From: Hydrolagus affinis
Taxonomy: Eukaryota
Assembly: GCA_012026655.1 (NCBI GenBank)
Contig: JAAILG010000851.1
Coordinates: 1-64,000 of the forward strand
Direction of reading: 5' to 3'
DNA: 64,000 bases
The notes beneath the pieces are model-generated. The model worked only from the letters and a program-made list of their open reading frames with translations, did no database searches and was not told the origin of the DNA. The translations under genes were made by a program, and so were the position numbers. Below, piece after piece: positions 50,901-64,000 of the stretch (the stretch's first letter is position 1; every line of letters begins with the position of its first letter).

Positions 50901-53259
50901 CGTTTTCTCAATGGAAGAATCTTTTGTTGTCACTTGCACGATTAAAATAATTATTCATCTGAAGTTGAAACTGCAGACATTTTATTGTAGGACAATTTTA
51001 GAAATAATAATAATCCTTGCATTTGATATAATGCCTTATCACATCTTCTAGATGTCTCAGAGTGCTCACAGACTATATTAAAAAGTGAATTCACTGTATT
51101 TTGCCAGCTAAATCTGTATGAACTGGATTAGTAGAGCATTGGCAGAGAATTAGTAACTCTGAAGCACTCTTGAGACGCCATCCTGCGTGGAGTGCGCTAT
51201 ATAAATCAAAGTTGTTGTTGTTGTTAACTGGACTGAAAATGTATATCAGTTTAATCTGATAAGCTGCCACACAAAAAACCTTTTGTCATTTATACTGTAT
51301 CCTCATCTGTGATTGATTATATATCTGTCATCTTGATTGAATTTCAGAGAGCCATTTTTACAGATTATTTGATCAAATTGTTTGCAGGAGGAGTAACTAA
51401 AGTAAATGTAAAAAGGAAATGTTGAATGCAAGACTTCAAACTTTGGTATATTGCCTAGGTCCAGTTTTCTAACCTTTTCAGGTGGTGACTGACTGGTCAT
51501 GATACTGCCCACAGTGGCTACCATCTGCTTGTTTACTCAAGTGGGGTAACTCTTTGTGTGTGTGCCTGGATGATGAATGTCATCAGTTAACATTAAATGA
51601 AACTAAGACTTTGAAACCAGGAAGGTTTAATGCCCATTTGGAATGAGTTGACATCTTTTTGGGTGAGGATCAAATCAGACATTTCTGTGATGTTCTGAAT
51701 GGCCTGTTGAAGCTAGTTGTTTGGCCTTGCACACAAGTGAGCGAATGCTTCCAGCAAGTTATCAAGGGTGATTGGAAGCTGTAGAATTGCACAGGTATTA
51801 TTGATTAAGATGTAGGTGTTTTATCCCCTTCTCTTTCCTCTTCCCCCTTTTGCATGCTGACTCCAAAGACAGCATCGTACTGTTACTCAAGTTAAGATCA
51901 GATATTTGAAGCATGGAGTTTTTTTTGAAAAAAATTGTGGTATTTAACGACGGGGACGCCAATAATTCTATTTTCCTGTCCTCCTATGTCTCTCTGAAAA
52001 GCCAGGGTTCCATTTGAGTACAAACCTGTTATTAAACCTTGGATCCCCTAGTTTGCATTGGCTCCATGAATTAAACAAGCTGAGCCAAAGTGAAATCTCA
52101 CCAACACATCAGGTTTGTTAATAACTGCTTGGATAAAGTTCCTGATTGTGTCAATACAATTATACGTGTTGAGAAATATAATGTACAGTTCTTTACTCCA
52201 TAGTATAGTATATTAGGATGGCAATATGTTGCATTGTTGATAATATTTGGTAGCTTTCCTTGCTCATCTTGATATTAATGATTTGGTTTGATTTTTGCCG
52301 GCAAAATACATAGTCATTACACTTTACAGTATTCCATGAAACACTTTGAGATGTCTCAACAACGTGATAAGGTGCTATATGCAAGTATTACTTATAAAAA
52401 GTATGACAACTTCGATATCATAGTTTGTTTAAGCAGTAAAATTTAATGGCTTCCATCTAAGTAGTTAGGCAAAATTATTTGATTTTACAGAATTATTGTC
52501 TTATTGGGGACAGTGACAGAGAGTGCTTGTGTACAGGGAGAACAGGAATGTAGGCAAGTTAGCTAAAGTAGTTGCCGGTGGTTTGCTGTCCAGCTGAAAT
52601 GGGTAATGGTCTATAGCACGGGAAAATATAAAGGAAACAGATTTTTTTAAAAAGAAAACCAGGAAGAGAGTTGAATAACAAATGTTTGTGGTACAATTTA
52701 TAAGAGTAAACTGTATTCCTTGGAAGAATATCAGCTGATTTAGTAACCAGAAGAGTGATGAAATCAGATAAATACATGAAAAACATAAAACTCCAATCTG
52801 CAATTCCTATTGTATGGAAATGTTTGGTCTAAGCATAACATTCTTTGTCAAATTTAATTGGAATGCAAACGATAATTATTTTGGTTAAGAAAAGTTGAAT
52901 GTTTTGAAGAAGCTGTGTGTATTTTAGGTTTCAAAAGAGCTGAATCTGAAGAAATGGTTTGAAGGGATTTGGATATGTTAAAATATTTCATTTCAGTAAT
53001 TTTGAATATTTCTGTGAAAAGTATGATTTTAAGCTTGTTTTGATGCAGATGTCATGATGCATTTGACAGTGAGTTTATCTAGCATTTCCAATGACATTAT
53101 CTTCCTTTGATATAGTTTTGTATTGCACTGTGAAATCAAAATAATTCTTTAAATAAACCTTCCAGGTATCTGGTTTGACTGGTGGTTCATATATAAATTA
53201 TTAACTTATGGTCTGCCTTGAGATCACAGTCTAATAGCACAATTTTTAGAGATGTCTGC

Positions 53260-53590
53260 TTAGCTCAGTTGGTTGCCTCTTAGTCAGACATTTTGGGTTC
53301 AAGCCCTACTTCAGAACTTTGAGTTCACAGCCTAGGCTAACAGTCCATTACAGTGTGGAGAGCCCTGCAATTGTCAGAGGTGCCATTCTTTGATGAGATT
53401 TTGAGTTGGTGCAATTTGAAAAGAGGAGGGTGATTCTACTGGTTCCCTGGCCAACAATGAAACCTCCAGGTGCGATTGGTAATTCACTTTATGGGACATT
53501 GCTGTGTACAAATTGTCTGCTGTGTTCATATAGAAATACTCACTACACTTTGAGATGTTTTAACAACATAAGACACATTATTAAACTTGA
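53260..53590 (+). mobile_element. SINE family B (Deu-domain)
   Basis: TAGCTCAGTTGG...GGGTTCAAGCCC head; GGGACATTGCTGTGTACAAATTG Deu 3' part. Confidence 0.75.
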
Positions 53591-53649
53591 GTAAAAATAT
53601 AATATTTTGTAAAGTAATTATGTATTTTGTGTGAGAATGTGGTAGCTAA

Positions 53650-53890
53650 TTGTAAATAAAAATATCCCATAAACAGGAGTGAGTAACCAATTTTATTTGG
53701 GGCGTTGTTGGCCAGGACATCGGGAGAAATGCTTCTCTATTCGAATAGTACCATGGGATCTTGATGTCCTCCTGGACAAGTATATGGGACTTCAGTTTAA
53801 TGTTCTCGACACCTCTAATTATTGCTCCCCCACCCAACCCACTTAGTACTGAACTGAAGCATCAGAATAGATCATGTCCTGATTGGGGCC
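53650..53890 (-). mobile_element. SINE family B, inverted relative to the preceding copy
   Basis: GTTGGCCAGGACATCGGGAGAA...CGAATAGTACCATGGGATCTT; further minus copies at ~54410-54810, 58170-58540, 15900-16170 and 3040-3290. Confidence 0.75.
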
Positions 53891-55659
53891 TGTAGCAATA
53901 ACACACTGGTATGATTTGTGAATTGCAAAATCTAGAAGAAGGGTCTGCTGTACTATACTTAAACATACATCATCAAAGCAGAAATTGGACAGAACTTATT
54001 TAAAAGGCTGTGGATGAAATCTTGTCTTGTTAACCTAGAATTAAGACAAGTAAACCTAGGAGTATGAAATTAAGTTAGCTGAAATAAATATAAAGAATAA
54101 GCTATTAGTTATTCCAAGGAGTCATTGTGCATGTATAAAACCCAAGTGTCTTCCTTTCCAAGTACAGTATTCTTATTACAATAATGGAATAATTAAATTC
54201 ATAACATCAAGAGAATAATCATTTCTGAAATTAGTACCAATTGATTAACTCAATGATGATCTTGATTAATTGAACTCTTTATTTCTATTTACTTCAACTC
54301 AGTGATGTTAGATTCCTAGACTAATTGAGAAACTAATTGTCTGTCTAAATGGGAAATGCTATTGTGTAGAACAGTACAACAAATGGTTATAATTTGTTTT
54401 ATTTATATCCTCACATTTGATATAGTGAATTTCACATTCGAGGGTTTCTCACAAGTGCTTCAAGGGATATACTTAAGTTTGGGTGTGTATTTTGAAGATG
54501 AACAACAGCACCAAATTTGCACACAGCAATGCCCCACAAACAGTCATTGCGTATAACCCTTTTTAAATCTGGGATTGTATGGTCAGGACTCTAAGAAAAA
54601 AAACTCCTTTTTGAACAGCAACACAAGTTCTTAAATGTCCATTTGAACAGTTGGTGGAATCTTAGATTTATGTTGAATCTGAAGAATTGCACAATGCAGA
54701 ACATCCCCATCATTGCACTGGAATGTCAGCCTAGACTACATAAATTCAAAATCACTGACGTGCAACGTCACCCCACAACTTAACTCAGAGGCAGGAGTGC
54801 TATAAATTGAGCCAGTGTTAAATAAGTACAGTGTACAGTATATAAATACAAAAAATATTTTATTTATCGTGGAAAGAGAAATAAAATATATTGAGGGCAC
54901 ACAACTTTCAATAATATTGTTTGGATGATGTTGAGCAGAAAAGATCACCATCCTTTTTTTTTCTGCTCCATTCATTCCAAAGGGTTCTTTCACATCTTCC
55001 TTTCCTATGCAATTAATGTGCTCTAGGTTGACATTTGCTACACTCTGGCTTCCAACTGAAGCAAATGTCTTGTGTGTAAGTAAGCGCTATTACCCACTGC
55101 TAAATACCAATTTATTTGGTAAAAGTTGATCAGTAAAATATTCTCATCTGAATTTAACTTTTGTAATCTAAATTTGTCTTATCTTTTGGCTTCTGTGATT
55201 GTTAGAATGTCTACTCAGTGGGAAACCTGTTTAGTTGCCTGACTTCAGTGCAAGTCCTGCAAATATGCCCCAAAGAGCCAACAATTGGCTTTTTAGTATT
55301 TTCATAAGAACTTCATAGCAACCAGGTGGGTTTCCAGTGGCCTGCAATTGACAGCCAGTTTACCTGTATATTCATGGGATTGCCACTGTAGCCAAGCAGG
55401 TTTCCTGATGCCAGAGGTTGACAGATTTTCTAAGTTCAATCCTGAATTTCATTGAATTTGTCTGTTTTAAATAAGTTTGAGATTCACACTTTTTATGATG
55501 ATATCTCACTAAATGGCAGATCAAGGCTATGTTGCAATTTACTGATCATTTTTCCATCTCTTTTGGGGAGGGTGATATTTTGGTGCTTTACTCTACAGCA
55601 TATGTCTGTCAAAGACTGTACCTTTTACATTTCAAACCTATTTGTCACAGTTGTTTGAC

Positions 55660-56200
55660 TATTTTGGTCCGCCGGGTGTCCGACACATGTGGAGACCAAT
55701 GATGACATTTAAGAGTATCCATGCCAAAGAGTTCCATATATTTCACCTGTATGAAAATTACCCAGGTATTTATTGGAATGGAGTGCACACTCTCTCCCTT
55801 GAGGGAAGCATCCTCCTTACCTAATTCTGGAGAGTATCAGGTTGGAAAGAGCCAGAGCTTGCGAACCACAGATTAGTACTGTTGGAGTCTTAACTACCCA
55901 AACCGCAAAGCTCATCATTGGGAGCACTTTCTGGCAAGCTTTCCCGCTATTTGTCCAGCTACGACCATGTTACCAAACAGGGCTTTCTTGCAGTGCTAAC
56001 AGGCTGAGCTGGAAGAGTCCCCGCCCCTGGGAACTGGCCCGCCTTTCCAAATCCAGTAGATTAGCCAGGCTGCCTGGACTGTCATCAGTACCGCCCTGGA
56101 ATACTGTGCACCCCCTGGCTCACCAACTGGATCTCTAAAACCACCACAAACTGGATTCTGACATTCCGTTGCCAGGCATGTCACCTCGGAGACCGTTCAG
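55660..56200 (-). repeat. Family D repeat, near full length
   Basis: Reverse-complement similarity to 15260-15830 and 16410-16760. Confidence 0.75.
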
Positions 56201-57867
56201 TTTGATAGAAATATTTTCTCTTTTGAAAGTGGCATTTAAAAAAAGTGTACAACCTCCCAATTGTTGCCATGTAATTATTAGTTAAGTTAAAACAGATGGG
56301 GGGCATTGAACTCGGGGTTTCTAAGCTTACATTATCAGACAATGTATTTACTAATGGAGCTAGCAGGATTGAAGTTATGCATAGTGAAGGTTACTGCAGT
56401 ACCTTGCTGATATTAATTCTGTTTGCTCGGAACTGGTTTATTAAGCTGCATATCTGTTCTCCTGCTCTCAGGAGTTAATGGACAACGACTCCCTCAAACA
56501 ACAACAGAATTATATTTGTATAGCGCCTTTCATATCAGTAGGATGTCCGAAGGTGCTGAAACAACCTTTAATTCTAAATCCTTTACTTCAATATTACATT
56601 TGAATGGTTTGAAGGTGTGGGTGGTTGGGGCAACTTATTCAATTTGCATAAAAGTGAACCAACACATCCATTATGTGGATCTTCCCGTAGTGTTGCTTGG
56701 ATCTGTTAAGTGATCTGCACAATGTTTTGAAGGTTCAATATTGCTGCTGTGGAGCTTCCAGATGTGAGCTTGTGTCTGTAGTTCACATATGGGCCAGGTG
56801 TTCTCCATAAGGTCAAAGGTAATTTGTGGATAGTTGTTTCATGCAGTACCTAGTGCTTGCTAATTAGAGTGGACAATTGATTACATATAGTGACTTGGCT
56901 GAGAGGAGAAAGTAAAAATGAAATATGGTGGCTTCCTTCAGCAGAAAAAGCCAGTATCCAGCGTAAGAACTGAGCTGTCCAAACTAGGAAAGGTTGCAAG
57001 ATTCCTGGACTGTGTTGAATTCTATGAGTCCTGCAGTAAGGGTGCTGAAGTTTGTTTCCGCAACCTTGATTTAGGGAGAGAAAATAATCAGTCAGCTTTC
57101 AATTCAGATCACGATCTAATGACTCCTCCCCCTTTCTTTGTCTCTTGATATTTCCCTTGGTTGCATAGCCTGCTTTCTGTTCTTGCAGTAGAAGAATAGA
57201 TGAAATGATGTCTGTACTTACGCAATTGTACACTAATATATGAGGCTTTAGGAAGGAGGAGAAAACAATTCTCTTGTGAGTCTGTGGAAAATCAGGAAAT
57301 AAAATACAAAAAAAAGCTTTTTAAAAACTTACTGCCATGTTTTTAGGGTTTAGTTGTTCCATCACATTGTCTTGCAGTTCACTGATGTATTTCAAAACAT
57401 GTTCATTCATCCAACATTGCCACCTATCTACAAACTCTAGCATAAGAAATTGGTCTTTCACTTCATGGCTATTTAGAGGACATTTTGCATGCAAATTGGT
57501 TGCTGCGTTTGCCTTTTTCCCCCCCAAGGAAACTAAAATGCTTTGAGAAATTTTAACAGAATATGCTTTATCAAATGCAAATGATTATTATTGTAAAGAT
57601 TAATTGATATTCAATTTGATTATACTGAGCAGTTGGATCTTTTTCTGTTTTGTGATTTAGAATTGGAATAATTTAGCCAGAAATTGTACATTAAATAGAG
57701 TTGTCAATTTAAGACAGATCAACAACAAAGATTTTGATATTCATGTGCAACTAGAACAAACATATTTTATGTTAGCTGTTTAGATATTGTTTTTTAACAA
57801 TGATGACCGATGGTGCTCAACAGGATATCCGTAAATTGGTGTGTCGGTGTGATTTGAGGATAAGTGA

Positions 57868-58165
57868 AGTTCTGTAGCTCAGTGTTTAGAGCACTTGCCC
57901 CTGCAAGCGAGAAACCTGGGTTCGATTCTTGGCAGGGCGAAACCTTGGGCAAGTTTTCTTATTCCACCTAATAATAATCCTCCCCCACCAAAAAAAAATG
58001 GGTTATTTCAATACACAACTTTGTGGGATACTGTTGTGAGCAATTGGTTGCCGTGTTTCGCCCACAAAATATACAGTGAATTCACTGTACAGTATATTCT
58101 GTGAAGTGCTTTGAGACGTCTAGAAGACATGAAAAGCGCTATATCAAAGCGCAACAATAACAACA
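57868..58165 (+). mobile_element. Full-length SINE family A copy
   Basis: TGTAGCTCAGTGTTTAGAGCACTTGCCCTGCAAGCGAGAAACCTGGGTTCGATTC head, CCTTGGGCAAG, Deu-like TTTGTGGGATACTGTTGTGAGCAATTGG, and L2-like tail GAAAAGCGCTATATCAAA. Confidence 0.9.
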
Positions 58166-58875
58166 AAATTACATTTATAGAGCACCTTTCACTAGGACTA
58201 TTGCAAGGATTATTATTATATGGCAGACAGTTTTGCATGCCACAATGTCCCACAAACAGCCATGAAGTCAATGACCAGTTTCTTTTTATTTGACGGATTG
58301 TTGGCCTGTGCTGAGGAGAAACTCCCTTCTCATTTTTGAATAGTGCCATGTGATCTTTAACATCCACCAGAACAGGCAATCAGGCATTGGTTTAAAGTCT
58401 CGCCTGCGGGGCATTGCCTCCAACAATGCCCCGCACACTGCATTGGAGTATCGTCTTAGACCATAGGAGTTTGAAGTCCCAATATGGGGCTTCCTTATAA
58501 TTCCAAGGTGAGAGCGTTATCAACTGAGTTAAAGTGACGCATTTAACCAGGATGTATTTTTTTTGCTCAGCTGGGTGTATTGACACATACGGAAATCAAT
58601 CACCTCGCTTAACAGTATCCAAACCAGACTGACCTACTTCCACATGTGTATGCCATATATATCCAGACATTTCCCTTTGTCTGGAATGCACAAAGCTTGG
58701 AGAAATGCACTTATATAATTCTGGAGCCAACTTGGCTTAAAGGAGCCCCACCTCCGTGCATGGGAATATTAATTGGTCTAATAACAAGTACACCAGCAAG
58801 CTTCCCGGTGAGTAGCACTGCTCAGTATTAAATGCTTGAGAGCACTGACACAATTCCTGTATACTGCTTGGACAT

Positions 58876-59685
58876 GGGCATTTCCATGGTAATGGGGTAC
58901 ATTGTCCAAGGCAAAATATTCATGCCATTTTCTGAGGAAGGGTGGATTTTTTTTTTTCCCCAAGCATGAAAATCAGAGATAACACACTCTCAAGAGATAG
59001 CACAGATAATTTTGCCTTAAAATGAGACATGTTTTTTAAATGACAATAAATTAAAGATCATGTCCACCCTATCTAGAGACCTCTAAAATGTGACACGGCA
59101 AAGAAAGCTGCTTTTGAAACTTATTTCAGATCTTATTTTTAACTCTATCATTAAATATAATAAGATCCATAAATCAAGTGTTAAGACAGAAAGCTGCTAA
59201 GTTTCTGTTTCATTCAAGAGCCTGATCATATTTGTTTTGTCCCCTTAAAAAATGTGACACGCTCATAACCCCGTCCGTCCAAAGAATTACAAACGAGGAA
59301 AACAGGATTTCAGGATAAAAAAAAGTTTAAATTCTATTTTGCTCTTAATTCATAAAGTTATGAAGTAACTACTTCATGGTTTGATTTATTTTGGTAAGCT
59401 TGATGATTGCTTACATCTCTGACATTTTTAAAAATTCACTCATGACGTTCCATCCTCTAATGTCCACGTTCGTAATGTCTGTCCCCATTCAAAGCGTTAA
59501 GTGCATGAGGTGTGAACTTTCAGAGATGGTAAAAAATAATTCTGTTAAAAAAGTTATGTATTTCTTACAAGATACATACAGTATGGTCTCTAGGGCACTT
59601 ATGTACAATAAATGAGTGTTCAGCAATCAATTTGATTTTCTGACCTTCTGTCACACACGTATACCCCTTTGTCGTGGAAATGCCC
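58876..59685. mobile_element. Putative non-autonomous DNA transposon (~810 bp) with GGGCATTTCCA termini
   Basis: 26 bp imperfect TIRs (21/26 identical); flanks ACAT and CCAT. Confidence 0.65.
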
Positions 59686-62089
59686 CCATACATTTTGTAA
59701 AGATTGCACTAGTTGCAAATATAAAAGTTGAGCAGCAGTTGCTTAGCTTACTGTATGGAGGACACCAAGACTTGGCTATGGGAGCATGTGTTCACAGACC
59801 TCTTCATAATCTTGAAAGCTCCAATTCGGTCATCTCAAAGATGTTCCAAAAATAAGTTCACCGCCCTTAATCTCTCCTTGTAACTAATACCTGGAGCCAT
59901 AGTTGCTGATTATATGTACTTCTGAAGGGTAATCTTTTCTATGAAGAGCTGACCAGGCGCAAGTCATTTTTCTTCAGATAGGACCAACAAACGTCTTTTA
60001 CAATTGACACTTTTTGTTTTATTTTTTACTTGTTCTTCCTCCTGAAAATTGGAGACTAGAACAAGTTGATGACCACTGCACTGGTTACTTTCTGATCTTT
60101 ACACAGATTGATTGTATGATTTATGCCATTTTACTTAATCACATATTTTCATTTGCCTACCTCATGGTTTATTGCAATTAATGTTTTCATATAATCTATT
60201 ATTTTTTATATGGATTCTAAATAATCTGCTCATAGTATGTATTATCTAGTTGTGATCAATCTATTTTCCGTACCGATTTGAGGATCTCTATAATTAAGCA
60301 TCCTTGTTGTGCTCCACCCACCTGCCAGTGAAAGACTCTATAGCTTGTTGTAGTGCATCCTTGAACCTTTATTGTTGCAATCAAGTACTGAGCTTATAGT
60401 TTCATGGTTTCAATCTTCGATCTTTCTCAATCAATAGTTTACCACAGTTTCATTGAACATGCATTCTCCTGTTGGCATACTAGTTATTTTGCACTTTTAC
60501 ACATGTATCTATGTTCGCCCTTTACCTCCCCAAAAGGAACAAGAATAAGTGATGATGCAGAGAGAGACAAAAATTATGTGGTATCGATCAACATCTCTTT
60601 TACTGAACATTCCCATTGTCAGACTATGCATATTTTCTGAAATAAAGAAATAGTTTTTAAAAAATATATTTATAATCATTTGCTGTTTATGGAGTTATGA
60701 CTCCAGGGAACAAGTAAATTATAATTTGGTTGAAATCATAAAATTAAGTCTATAAATTTGCATTTAGTGAGCTTGAATCATGTGACCTGATGATGACTGT
60801 TTCAGTTTATTATGCAGGTGAAGCAACATTAACAAGCCATATTAAGTTTATTATGTAACAAGCACCTGCAAACTAACTATTGGAAGGAAGTCAATAGACT
60901 AATAATAGTAAGTGATTGAAATAATATTAGATAATTGAAAAATTTTAAATCAAAATATATTGCAGATGAGGAACAAAGTACGGATTGCAAAGTTACTGTA
61001 TTGGAATTACAAGTGTTCCCATTATTGTTTGAATTCTCAGGGTTTAGTTTGGAAAAGTTAGTTTTCATTATATACTAAGCAGGTATGAAAGGAAAAAAAA
61101 ATCATAATTGCTGACCATCTATTATTAGAATATAACTATTGTCATTTGTTTGGATACGTGGGTCCTAACAAAAAATTGTAGGATTAAAAATGTCTACTTT
61201 ATGAATGACTTTTGCCCTACATGATTCTTGAGTTCACATTTAAGGAAAAGAATATTCCCATTTGTGAGTTTGTGGAGAACTTTGTACAATCTTTAACAAA
61301 ATGCGCACTAGAGGGCTGATGTAAATCGAGAAATACCCCTTTGTTGCTCATTTATTTTATGAACAAAATTTCCCATCTTCTCTCCCTCCCCTCCCCCCCA
61401 CCATTCTCCACACCTCACATTAGAGGATTTTGTAATCAAAGCCCATCAAAAAAAATGTTACTGAACATTAAGTAGTAGCCTTGCTATCCAACACACTCAG
61501 TAAGTTATTGATAAGTTTGATTGTTCCTCTTTAAATTGGCAGTTTGTTTGAGATGGTTTTCAGTGTCTTTTACTGAATTCTGAAAGTTGCCTTCTTGAGC
61601 TAAGCTTTGTGAGCATGGTGAAGGGAAATGAGATGACATTGGCATTGCAGCCAAGCCAGAATCTGTCCTTGTGTGATGTCTATTATCAAGCAGGAGTTAG
61701 ATGATATAGTAATTAGGAACAAGCAGGTCCTTCTACTTTTACTCCTCTACTCTGCACGTGTACAAAAAAAATTGTTGGGAGTGGTTTTAGGATTAAGTTT
61801 GTAATAAATTGAAAATTTTGCATCTTTTTAAATTGAATATTATAATACAAATGTATTGTATTTGTATTGTTGTGTCTGACTGAAGTATTTAGCAATCTCT
61901 CTGCTATAAAGTTGACAAAGCTTATGTTAATAGTGAAATGTTTCAACCAGGATTTGTTGTTCATGTGGGATCCAGCAATAATGATTTTGAGCTGTTGAAA
62001 GTATGCTTCTATATTAACTCTTCTCCATTTGATGTATTATACTGCTAGGAACAAATAAAGTTCTGGTGGGGGTGGGAGGAGTGCAGGAG

Positions 62090-62420
62090 TTGCTGCTGCC
62101 TTGCCTTTGGGTGAAACATTAACCAAAGTCCTGTCTGCCTGTTTCGGATATTAAAGATTTCATGGCACTATTTGAAGAGAGCTTTTCCTATTGTCCTGAC
62201 TAACATTTCCTCAAATAAAGTTGGTCATTCATTTCATGGTTGTTTGTGGGTCATTACTAGCTAGAAATTGGCTCCTGTGGTTGCCTACACTTAGTTAATT
62301 ACAGTAGCAACAATAACAACAACTACATTTATATAGCGCCTTTCACATCAGGAGACGTCCCAAGATACTGCATAGTAAAATTCCATATAGCGCTTTGAGG
62401 CGTCTTGACAACAATAAAAT
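62090..62420 (+). mobile_element. SINE family B fragment with interleaved L2-type tails
   Basis: GGGTGAAACATTAACC...TTAAAGATTTCATGGCACTATTTGAAGA...GTTGTTTGTGGG. Confidence 0.65.
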
Positions 62421-64000
62421 GCTTTTTCAAACCAAAAGATCACAATTATTTAAATACAAATCAGATTTAAAATAACTCCATCGAGTACTTTTTGAAAGGC
62501 GCTATACAAATGTAATTGTTGTTTCAGAAAAGAGAAGAAAAACCTGACTTTATTGAAGATTACCTAGAATTCTTTGCCACCCTTATTTAGTCTAAAAGAA
62601 CTCTACATATGTTTTAAATACTGTTTAACTTTTTTCATTCCCACAAGCAATTCCCCTGGCTTATGATGGAAGTGGTACTACTTTTGAAAAATGCTGAACT
62701 AGCTTGTTATAACAAGCCTCAGTTTCCTAAAGTATTTTTGCAGTCATTCTCACTTTTCTTCCCCAATAAGTAAATAACTCATTCATGTCATTAATCCACT
62801 AACTATTGCTAAACCCGAGTGTAAATGTCAATTAGAATTGACCACATGGGTTTTGAGTCGGAGATCAAATTCTAATTTACTAGCTGTTCAAAACATGAAT
62901 ATTGATTTTTTTCATTATTCTGTCAGCAATGTTGAAACAAGAAGTACAGGTGAAAATTTAAGTGGAACCTGAAAATATAGTCTGTTCTGTGAAATGCTTG
63001 TTGAGACATCTGAAAGACATGATTAGATTCTGTATCATATGCAAGGATTATTATTAATAACACTGATTATCAGCTAAAATGGAAAACCCACACCTCACAG
63101 TCCTTAGCTATTGAGGAATTTCTAATTTGTGAAACACTGATAAAATGAGCTGGCCATTTTTTGGGGGAAACACCATTATGCTGACTTATATCTGCTAGGC
63201 TGCACCTCTTGAACTGGGTGACCAGGCAGATTGTTTTGGCATCTGCATCTCTGCCAGATATGATGTTTGTGATTTAATGACTGCTATGAAGATTGTGTAG
63301 CCTTACCCATGTTATTGTCTTGGCACACACTGGACGTTTATCTGTATCTCTGGCTTGGAAACTGCCCTGAGGACGTCTTGCCTGTTTGGTTTGAATTCCT
63401 TGGTGCTAGAAGAACTGTCCCTCCTCCATCTGCTACTAGGGTGGAACTCTTATATCCAGGCTGTGCCAATTAGACTTTGATCGATTAGTGCCCCATTGTT
63501 AAAAAAAAATTATACAATCTCACAATCTAGTTCCTTTTTACTAAAAATGTTTTACTAAAAATGTTTACACTGTATCATGCAAAAAATTATCCTGTATGTT
63601 CACCACAGGTGATCAGTTCAACCTTTTTATAATTAAAAAAAATAATCAAACTGGGAACTACAGAATAGACAAATAAATGGAATGGGAAAAACAGTGGCTC
63701 CGATCACAGTTTGCAACATGGGAAAGCTGCTGCCAAGTGTTAACTGTTTAGAATGTAGTATTGTATGATCCTTCAGTGTATTTATCTTTGATTAGAATGT
63801 TTGAAGCAAAGCACATAAACATTTTAACAGTAATCTTGAATCATGTGAAGAAGAAGAGAATTGGGAGGATTGGAAGGTCATATGGAGTATAAATTTTGTT
63901 ATGGAGGGTTTAGGGGTTTGTGACCATCACATAGAATGGACCAGCTTTTCAACCAGCTTATAAATAAGCATTTTCTTTCCATTTGAAATTCCTGACTCAG

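Noticed and set aside
49187-64000. Search for RHOA or other coding exons
   Set aside because: No MAAIRKKL-type or other recognisable coding exon seen; treated as intron
1-64000. CRISPR arrays, rRNA, prokaryotic operons, intact autonomous transposons
   Set aside because: Eukaryotic intron-exon organisation; recurrent short motifs are SINE/LINE tails, not regularly spaced repeats; all TE ORFs are broken

Overview
Vertebrate nuclear DNA, most likely from a cartilaginous fish (inferred from shark/chimaera-type tRNA-SINEs, L2/CR1 tails and a Penelope-type repeat). Gene content from left to right: (1) 5' part of WDR82 on the minus strand (coding exons 1-2), with an intronic let-7g/let-7j-type microRNA hairpin in intron 2; (2) a CpG-rich bidirectional promoter at ~6.6-7.7 kb; (3) complete GLYCTK on the plus strand (4 coding exons, 541 aa); (4) complete TCTA on the minus strand (3 exons, 102 aa), tail-to-tail with GLYCTK; (5) a CpG island at ~48.8-50.9 kb with a non-coding first exon on the plus strand, probably RHOA by synteny, with no coding exon seen in the window. 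The rest is intron/intergenic DNA rich in SINEs, L2/CR1/RTE fragments, a pogo/Tigger-type MITE, a mariner fossil and a TIR element. Most interesting unexplained items: a let-7 with a 5' A, a second let-7-seed hairpin, an orphan ~3.3 kb 3'UTR-like minus-strand segment, an unclassified ~560 bp repeat family, and a decayed duplicate of the GLYCTK C-terminus. I found no convincing wholly new biological system. Exon coordinates were checked for splice sites and phase. Repeat boundaries are approximate, and homologies come from recall rather than database searches.
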